Notes under the pieces: model-generated
Told to the model about the DNA's origin: nothing
Databases searched by the model: none
The model's input: the letters and a program-made list of their open reading frames with translations, nothing else
Position numbers and translations under genes: made by a program
DNA from: a virus
Lineage: Duplodnaviria > Caudoviricetes
Direction: 5' to 3' (one strand)
Virus record (IMG/VR): IMGVR_UViG_3300027749_002909
Coordinates: 1-63,343 of that record
Length of the DNA stretch: 63,343 nucleotides
Shown here: positions 57,011-63,343 of the stretch, piece after piece
Position numbering within the stretch: position 1 is the stretch's first letter
Layout: each line of letters starts with the position of its first letter

Positions 57011-60000
57011 TTATGCTGACACAGTAGTTGAGCTTGGCGGTGGTTTACCGGTAGTTAATGTGTATAGTTTATTTCGTGCAGTTAGTAACTTTTTATCTAA
57101 TTCGTCTAGATTGTTTTTAGCTGTTGCAACTGCTTGTTCTAGTGTAGATATAGCAGGATCACCCTGTGGTAAATCTTGTTTAGCTGTGCTAAGTGCATAT
57201 CTCGCATTTGCTACAGCCCTAGATAAATCAAAACGAGAATCAGCTAATGTTGCAATTTCTTTTGAAGTTGCATCATATGTATCAATTTCAGCTTGTGATA
57301 GGTCGCGACTGGGATTAGCAACAAGTCCTGAGAAGTTTGGTCTTGGTATCTTTGGATCACCTAATAATGAGTTAATCTGTGAAGTAATTTCACTTCTATC
57401 TACAGTATTTGTGGCAACAGTTGGTAACTTTATTGATACCGGGCCAGCTGCACTTAATGCACTAATATTAGATTGCAACTGTGCCGATGCACCAGCTGGT
57501 AAGCCAGCTGATACTAGGGCTGTTAAACTTTCTTGTCCACCTGCTATTTTATCTGATAATGCGCTTAGTGAACTTGGTATACTTGGAATAGCTGAACCAG
57601 TAAGACTTGCTAGACTTGGTAGTCTACCGGCTGACGCACTTACTAGACTGCTAGCTGCACTTGTTGCTGATGAAATTCCATTAACTGCAGCCGCAGATGC
57701 ATTTGACGCAACGCCAGATACACCTGCTAGTGAAGGTAACTTATTAACAGCGCCACTAGCAGAATTTACAAGTGAAGAAACAGCTCCGGCTCCTCCGGGT
57801 AGTGCATTTACTCCACTAGCAATTGAATTGGTAATTGATGATGGAGAGATTACTATAGCCCCTGCAGTGGTTGCCGGTGTACCTGCCGCAACGCCAACAG
57901 AAGATGCTATTGCAGCAGCACCCGATGCAACACCGGCTGTTGCCGCCGTAACACTTGCTGCTGCATCTGCTATGATTGGTGTTGCGGCTGCTGCCTCAGT
58001 CTTGGCTTGAGCTTCTGCATTGCTTTTGGCAATCGCTTTTAAATCTTGAGGAACACCGGGTTTAAATGCTTTAAATGACGCTGTAATTGCTGAGAATGCT
58101 GAACCAGCAATTCCTTTTGCAGCATCAATTACTCCGCTCAAGCCTTCGCTTGCTGATTTGCTTAGCCCACTCAGTGACAACGCTATTGAACTTAATCCAC
58201 CCGTTGCGTTTGTTGCTAAATTAGCAGCAGATTTTCCGCCGGCAATTGCATTAGATACTGCACTTGGTACTCCACCTGCTGCTGCTGCCGCTAATGTACT
58301 AGTAACACCCGTAATATTATTAGTAGATGCTGCGTTCTTCACAAAGTCTGTTGTAGAACTTAGGCCCACTTGTGAAACAGAATTTACTAAACCAGCAACT
58401 ACTGCAGGTGATTCATTACCAGTAATAAGTCCTGATTGTTGTAATGAAGTTTGTGCTTGTTGGAAGTTTTGAACCTGTGCTGACACTTGAGCAGGTATGT
58501 TTTGAGTAAAAGCTGCAAGTGTTTCTGCACCGGGTTTCCCTGTAAACAAATTATCAGTCATTGCAGCTTTTACAGTTGAACCTGATTGTACTAACCCAGT
58601 AACTAGTGCGGCTGAACCGGTTTTTAGTACGCCGGCAGTTTCCATTTGTTGTGGTGTCATTGCTAATTTACCTACCGCTGCGTTTACTTGCCCAGTTGCA
58701 TCAGTAATAACTCCCGATCCACTTGTAACCACCTCTGGATTTGCAGCCGCTGCTTGAGTGGCTACTCCACTGACCATAGAACCAGTTACGTTTTTGTCTA
58801 ATGCTTTACTTGTAGCTTCAGTAACAGGTACCGTTGATGCGTTTGCTGTACTAGTAGGGTTAGTTGGTGTAGCTGGCGTACTGTTATTTGTAGCAGCAAC
58901 AGCCGGTGGAGGAGGTGTTGGCAATTCTGAACTTGCATTGTTGCTAACTTTGACATCAACTCCTTGGTTGGCATTTGCCCAAGGTGCATGAGCCGGTGCT
59001 CGGCTCACAATAGATAATAATTTGCCTGGTGCTGCTGCATATCCCTTCACTGGATCTGACAATGTATCGGCGTGTGCTACAAGAGGTATCAATGGAGTGA
59101 ATGCTGGTGTGACTGATGTAGACCCAGTATTAAGATTTACTTTTTTACCATTAATATACATGATGCCCTCGCTAGCGTAAGAACCTTCGCCAGCTGCTGC
59201 CATACTCATGGCACCGGTAACTTTAACAGTATATTTACCTATTGTGTATCCACTAAAATTTCCGCCTGCTCTCCAAGCTATATTATTTTCAGCATTTATG
59301 TTTATGTTATCTGCTGCAATGTTTAAATCTTTTTTAGCATTTATATTAATATTATTATCAGCATGTAAGTTCAAATCACCCTGAGTTCTAATGTTAACAC
59401 TGTTGGTTGAGTACATATCAATAGTACCCTCTTTACCCAACTCTATCCAACTTTGTCCATTACTATGAATTATATGCAGACACTGACCATCATCACTCAT
59501 CAGTATTTGATGACCCAATGCAGTTCTAAGTCGTATCAACTGATCTTTACCCAATACAGTGCCGTCATCCATTACGATGCTGTGTCCACCTCTACGAGCA
59601 ATAACAGCTAGTGTTTCTTTTTCTCCCTTAATACCCTTTGATATAATATCATCATCATTATATCCACCTTGAAAAATAGGTCTTCCTGGAGTACTAACTC
59701 CCCAACCAACACGTGATGGACTTTCACGTAATGCGCTACTTGATACTGGTCCTCTAATAGGATCTCTAATCAACCCTTGCTGAGTATAAATGCTTGCAGA
59801 AAAACTATGTACAGGTTTAGCTTTATTTAAAAAATCTGCACTATTGGTAATTGCCGGATTATTTGTGTTTAAATTAGTTGTGGGTAGTTTAGTAGAGCCA
59901 CCTAAACTTTTTGCTTCACCCTCATTCAGTGTAACATTTTCTGATGATCCTATTGCAGGGACCATTTGTAACACTTCTGGTTTGGGAACTCCGCCTATGT

Positions 60001-60364
60001 AATAACCATAACTCATATCACCGTTGATGAATATACAAATTACTATGCTACCTATGTCAGGTGGACTATACCACATACCGTAAGAACTCGGATTTTCTGT
60101 ATAACTTCCATAAGTATCTTTACCTCCGCTAGCCTCAGTGTTGCCAAAAAACGGAACCATCATGCCCACTGTAGTCCAACTGGAACTATCATCTGGGTCA
60201 GGTGCACCAAAGTCTGAAATATAAACTTGTAATCTACCTGAACGAACAGCGTCAATGTTATTCTTTACTACCCCCAGTACCGGTACTGAACGTATTACGC
60301 CGCCGCCGGCATCGGGTTTACTTTCTTTGGTTGCACCAATTGGTTTAAAATAATTTTGTGGCAT
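57011..60364 (-). CDS. gp5: Baseplate central spike, gp5/VgrG-like, with long low-complexity C-terminal extension
   Basis: OB-fold motifs GVVKNNID...GRLQVYI...PPDIGS; beta-helix region GHSIVMDD, GHQILMSD, GDLNLHAD; then Ala/Ser/Gly-rich tail and coiled coil. Confidence 0.8.
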   Translation of the reverse strand: MPQNYFKPIGATKESKPDAGGGVIRSVPVLGVVKNNIDAVRSGRLQVYISDFGAPDPDDSSSWTTVGMMVPFFGNTEASGGKDTYGSYTENPSSYGMWYSPPDIGSIVICIFINGDMSYGYYIGGVPKPEVLQMVPAIGSSENVTLNEGEAKSLGGSTKLPTTNLNTNNPAITNSADFLNKAKPVHSFSASIYTQQGLIRDPIRGPVSSSALRESPSRVGWGVSTPGRPIFQGGYNDDDIISKGIKGEKETLAVIARRGGHSIVMDDGTVLGKDQLIRLRTALGHQILMSDDGQCLHIIHSNGQSWIELGKEGTIDMYSTNSVNIRTQGDLNLHADNNININAKKDLNIAADNININAENNIAWRAGGNFSGYTIGKYTVKVTGAMSMAAAGEGSYASEGIMYINGKKVNLNTGSTSVTPAFTPLIPLVAHADTLSDPVKGYAAAPGKLLSIVSRAPAHAPWANANQGVDVKVSNNASSELPTPPPPAVAATNNSTPATPTNPTSTANASTVPVTEATSKALDKNVTGSMVSGVATQAAAANPEVVTSGSGVITDATGQVNAAVGKLAMTPQQMETAGVLKTGSAALVTGLVQSGSTVKAAMTDNLFTGKPGAETLAAFTQNIPAQVSAQVQNFQQAQTSLQQSGLITGNESPAVVAGLVNSVSQVGLSSTTDFVKNAASTNNITGVTSTLAAAAAGGVPSAVSNAIAGGKSAANLATNATGGLSSIALSLSGLSKSASEGLSGVIDAAKGIAGSAFSAITASFKAFKPGVPQDLKAIAKSNAEAQAKTEAAAATPIIADAAASVTAATAGVASGAAAIASSVGVAAGTPATTAGAIVISPSSITNSIASGVNALPGGAGAVSSLVNSASGAVNKLPSLAGVSGVASNASAAAVNGISSATSAASSLVSASAGRLPSLASLTGSAIPSIPSSLSALSDKIAGGQESLTALVSAGLPAGASAQLQSNISALSAAGPVSIKLPTVATNTVDRSEITSQINSLLGDPKIPRPNFSGLVANPSRDLSQAEIDTYDATSKEIATLADSRFDLSRAVANARYALSTAKQDLPQGDPAISTLEQAVATAKNNLDELDKKLLTARNKLYTLTTGKPPPSSTTVSA

Positions 60365-60366
60365 GA

Positions 60367-62901
60367 TTAATAAATTCCCCCAGTAGAATTGTATCCACCG
60401 TCATCATCTTGTACTCTACCAGTTTTAGTAGGTACAGTTTTCGTTTGATTTTGAGAATATTTTAAGTTGGGAGAATTAAAAGCAACTACTCCATCAATTG
60501 TATCCTCCGGAGCAGTATAAGGAGTATTTTGAGTAAAGCCAGTTTCAGCCTTTGCCAAAAGGGAGTTTGCAGCCTTTAATCTATTTATTTCAGCTTGACT
60601 TTGAAATTGATCTGCAACCAATCCAGTTGGACTAGCAGTTGGACTAGCAGCTGGTCTACCGGCATCAGTCTTAGTTTCATCAGTTTTTGACAAATCACTT
60701 TGAGTCAAATCTAACTCTTGTTCAAATTTTCCACCTTGAAATGTGCTACGTGCAACTTTAACCAGATAGCTTATACCGCCTCCTCGCTTGGCTATTTGTG
60801 CCTGTATATCATCGGAGTATTTATAAAATAATATTGAATCATTAATACTCATCAAACCGGTAGAGTTTTTATAATCTTGTGGTTCTTTGAAATTGATTTC
60901 TATAAAAACCTGTCCTCCGTTTGGATTTACTGTATACCCGTCAGGTCCATAAAATCTATTATATACCTCTCGTACACTGCTTGCTGAAGTAGTCATTAGA
61001 AAATCAGGATCTCCTAAAATTTTTATTTTACCTTCGGCATATGCACCGGGCTCAAACAGACTAGTCAAATATGAGTTTTGTGATTGTTTTCCATCACCTT
61101 GTGCACCTGTTTTGGATTGATTTTGTTCTTTATTAGCCTTAGTAGGTATTTGTTGGCTTCCAACATGTGATTGTTCATTTATAGAAGGAGATATTGCAAC
61201 GTTAAAGTATGCTTGGTCAAAAGTTAGTTGAAAACTCAACACCTCACTATTTTTTCCAGTAAATGTGTATTCATATCGCTTGAACGGTCCATAGTATGGA
61301 GGAGTTTTTTTAATGTAAGGACTAGTGACTACTGGTGTTGAGTAGGGTTGAAAGACATAATTGATTTCATATGCAAAATCACTTTGTTTTTCATCCCAAC
61401 CTAAATTTGTTATTTCGGGTGTTACATTATACCAAGATATATTATTCTTTCCTGCAGTAGGTACCTCACCTTCAGATTCGTCATTTGATTTATAAATTAC
61501 AGTCAACGCATTTTCTAAAAAAGCACTTTGTGTTATAACTTGCTGTATAGCTTGCAATATTGGAGTACCGCGCATAATAGTAATTTGTCTTTCATTTGGC
61601 ACGGGTTTGGCAGATTCTTCTGTTATTATATTTGATTCTGCTGTATTTGCAGCATTATTCATTTTCCATTTTAATTTATCTAAATCAGCCTCGCTAACAA
61701 TACTAGCTTGTCCTATCGTTTGATCAGTGTCTCCTAAGTAAGTAACTTTATACCTATTGGGTTTTTGAATCTTACCTTCATTAAATAACTTTATTTGGTC
61801 GTTATTGAGTTTGGTAAACATACCTATTTTACCATCAGAGTTGCCCATAAATGCATCATCAACTGTGCCACCTATCATGGTTACACCGTTATCTAATATA
61901 CCATTTTTAGTACCAAGTACTTCGCTTATTATTGGGGGGACGGCTGTACAATGATAAACCACGGCTTTCCCATCTAGTTTAAATTTAAGATCTTGTATTT
62001 TAATATCATAGAACCGTTGATAAACTCCATTAGCATTACCAGCTGGATCACCGTTATATCCTATTTCATCCTTAGAACTTATTAAGTTGCCATCTTTGTC
62101 GTATCCTTGAAATCTGATACCTAATATAAAAAATTGTCTTTGTGGATTTTCTACTTTGTTTGAGTTTGAAGGAGTTGTATTTGATCCGGCTGTTGGCGCG
62201 GGTGTTCCTTGGCTAGCTAATAAATCATCCCGTGCATTTTGACCGGTAACCGGCGTTCCTTGGCTAGCTAATAAATCATCCCGTGCATTTTGACCGGTGG
62301 CTGAAGAAACCGAGCTAGCTGAAGAAGTCGGACTAGCCGAAGCTGTTGAACCAGCATTAAGAGCATCTAATGCTTTTTTTAAATTTGATAAAAAAGAGAA
62401 TCCATATGGTTCAATAATATCAAAAGTTATTTCTTCAATGCCAGTTGATGTTTGAGTTGTTTTACCACTGATATTTGAGAGAATTTTTAAATTATCTATA
62501 TAATAATCTAACTCAAAACCAGAGGCACGTTTAGAAGTAGAATTATTAATACCACCACTTTGTGCAACCAAAAAAACGCCTTTATTTGGATCAGCGGGTG
62601 TTTGAAAAGATGTAATATCTTTTCTACCTGATAATATAAAGTCATTATAAGCAGTAGGTGTTATCATGTATAATGATATTTGATACGTATAATTGCTAAA
62701 GTTTCCTAGGGGATTTTGTAGTCGCTTGCCGGGTGCAGAGTTGGAAGTAGGACCGGGGCGGGCAGCGGCTGTGGTTGGAGTTGCTAGCGCCTCTATTCTA
62801 GCTTGACCAAGCTGCGACGGGTCAAGAAATTGATTTGGTGGATTTTGTTTATCATCATTCGCCCCGCCGGAAGCTATATATACTTCATCGTGAATTGCCA
62901 T
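60367..62901 (-). CDS. Probable baseplate hub protein
   Basis: NPLGNFSNYTYQISL, IIEPYGFSF, IKILGDP, STFQGGKFEQEL; lies between gp53-like and gp5-like genes. Confidence 0.6.
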   Translation of the reverse strand: MAIHDEVYIASGGANDDKQNPPNQFLDPSQLGQARIEALATPTTAAARPGPTSNSAPGKRLQNPLGNFSNYTYQISLYMITPTAYNDFILSGRKDITSFQTPADPNKGVFLVAQSGGINNSTSKRASGFELDYYIDNLKILSNISGKTTQTSTGIEEITFDIIEPYGFSFLSNLKKALDALNAGSTASASPTSSASSVSSATGQNARDDLLASQGTPVTGQNARDDLLASQGTPAPTAGSNTTPSNSNKVENPQRQFFILGIRFQGYDKDGNLISSKDEIGYNGDPAGNANGVYQRFYDIKIQDLKFKLDGKAVVYHCTAVPPIISEVLGTKNGILDNGVTMIGGTVDDAFMGNSDGKIGMFTKLNNDQIKLFNEGKIQKPNRYKVTYLGDTDQTIGQASIVSEADLDKLKWKMNNAANTAESNIITEESAKPVPNERQITIMRGTPILQAIQQVITQSAFLENALTVIYKSNDESEGEVPTAGKNNISWYNVTPEITNLGWDEKQSDFAYEINYVFQPYSTPVVTSPYIKKTPPYYGPFKRYEYTFTGKNSEVLSFQLTFDQAYFNVAISPSINEQSHVGSQQIPTKANKEQNQSKTGAQGDGKQSQNSYLTSLFEPGAYAEGKIKILGDPDFLMTTSASSVREVYNRFYGPDGYTVNPNGGQVFIEINFKEPQDYKNSTGLMSINDSILFYKYSDDIQAQIAKRGGGISYLVKVARSTFQGGKFEQELDLTQSDLSKTDETKTDAGRPAASPTASPTGLVADQFQSQAEINRLKAANSLLAKAETGFTQNTPYTAPEDTIDGVVAFNSPNLKYSQNQTKTVPTKTGRVQDDDGGYNSTGGIY
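62204..62298. repeat. Perfect 44-nt direct repeat, 51-nt period, in frame
   Basis: 62204-62247 equals 62255-62298; encodes TGQNARDDLLASQGTP twice. Confidence 0.92.
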
Positions 62902-63213
62902 TTAAATTCCCAATACTTGTTTTAATGCATCTAACTTGGGCAAGTAGATACCAACGCCTTCAATGAAATCAAAATATGGATCTTTTAATCTATTTGGATT
63001 TCTACTTGCAAAAACCCACCACAATCTACTATCACTATATAAATCATATGCCAATGTGTCAGGTCTAAATGCATATACTGAAGTTATTTGCCAGTATATA
63101 TCAGAGGGTTCAAGTGGTATTTGTCTATTGATCATAACGTCTAAAAAGGTGTTATTGACTATTCCAGTATTATAATAGGGGCTACTTGCTGGATATAAAT
63201 TATTAGCTGCCAT
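62902..63213 (-). CDS. gp53: Baseplate wedge subunit, gp53-like (LysM-like)
   Basis: RPDTLAYDLYSDSRLWWVFASRN; start taken at TAATG-coupled ATG 63213. Confidence 0.85.
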   Translation of the reverse strand: MAANNLYPASSPYYNTGIVNNTFLDVMINRQIPLEPSDIYWQITSVYAFRPDTLAYDLYSDSRLWWVFASRNPNRLKDPYFDFIEGVGIYLPKLDALKQVLGI

Positions 63214-63343
63214 TACCAAATTCCTCCACCGGCACGTTGAGTGCCTCTTAATAATGCACCAGTGGCATATTCTTTTAAACTAAACTTATTACTAATGTCA
63301 TTTCGGGTAACAATCGGTGCTGCTGTTAATGTTATACTTATTT
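63213..63343 (-). CDS. C-terminal end of an upstream tail/baseplate gene (partial)
   Basis: ...ITLTAAPIVTRNDISNKFSLKEYATGALLRGTQRAGGGIW*; coupled to the gp53-like start; role inferred from position only. Confidence 0.6.
   Translation of the reverse strand, partial: ISITLTAAPIVTRNDISNKFSLKEYATGALLRGTQRAGGGIW

Noticed and set aside
57060-58991. Long plus-strand ORFs (316, 104 and 77 aa)
   Set aside because: Antisense shadows of Ala/Ser-rich codons in the gp5-like gene; all other short plus-strand and alternative-frame ORFs inside long genes were rejected likewise
1-63343. Stop-codon reassignment as seen in some large phages
   Set aside because: Genes are intact and tightly coupled in the standard code; TAA, TGA and at least one TAG (6824) end genes at sensible places

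Overview
AT-rich (roughly 35% GC by eye) segment of a large T4-like/jumbo myovirus genome. All credible genes are on the minus strand and read in the standard code. In transcription order (right to left): (1) a contractile-tail baseplate module (partial tube-initiator-like gene, gp53-, hub-, gp5-, gp25- and gp6-like genes, and an 18.7-kb gene for a 6242-aa mosaic wedge/adhesin protein), followed by fibre-like genes; (2) a ~23.5-kb glycan/small-molecule tailoring island with six radical SAM enzymes (five tandem, one B12-binding), several glycosyltransferase-like proteins, a UDP-glucose dehydrogenase fusion, a GDP-mannose 3,5-epimerase-like enzyme, two FkbM methyltransferases, two SGNH-like proteins and a NodU/CmcH carbamoyltransferase; (3) a three-gene exported-protein operon including a protein with 14 copies of a 22-aa two-Cys repeat; (4) a circularly permuted (two-piece) tmRNA gene with tag ANASNDEVFALAA, whose intervening segment carries its own 51-aa ORF missed by the ORF track; (5) a sigma70-type promoter driving an array of small early genes. 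A T4-late-like TAAATA promoter motif recurs before many genes, often only 4-5 nt before ATG. The most striking items are the permuted tmRNA with a nested protein gene and the radical-SAM/glycosylation island adjacent to virion fibre genes. Family calls come from motif recognition only; no searches were run.
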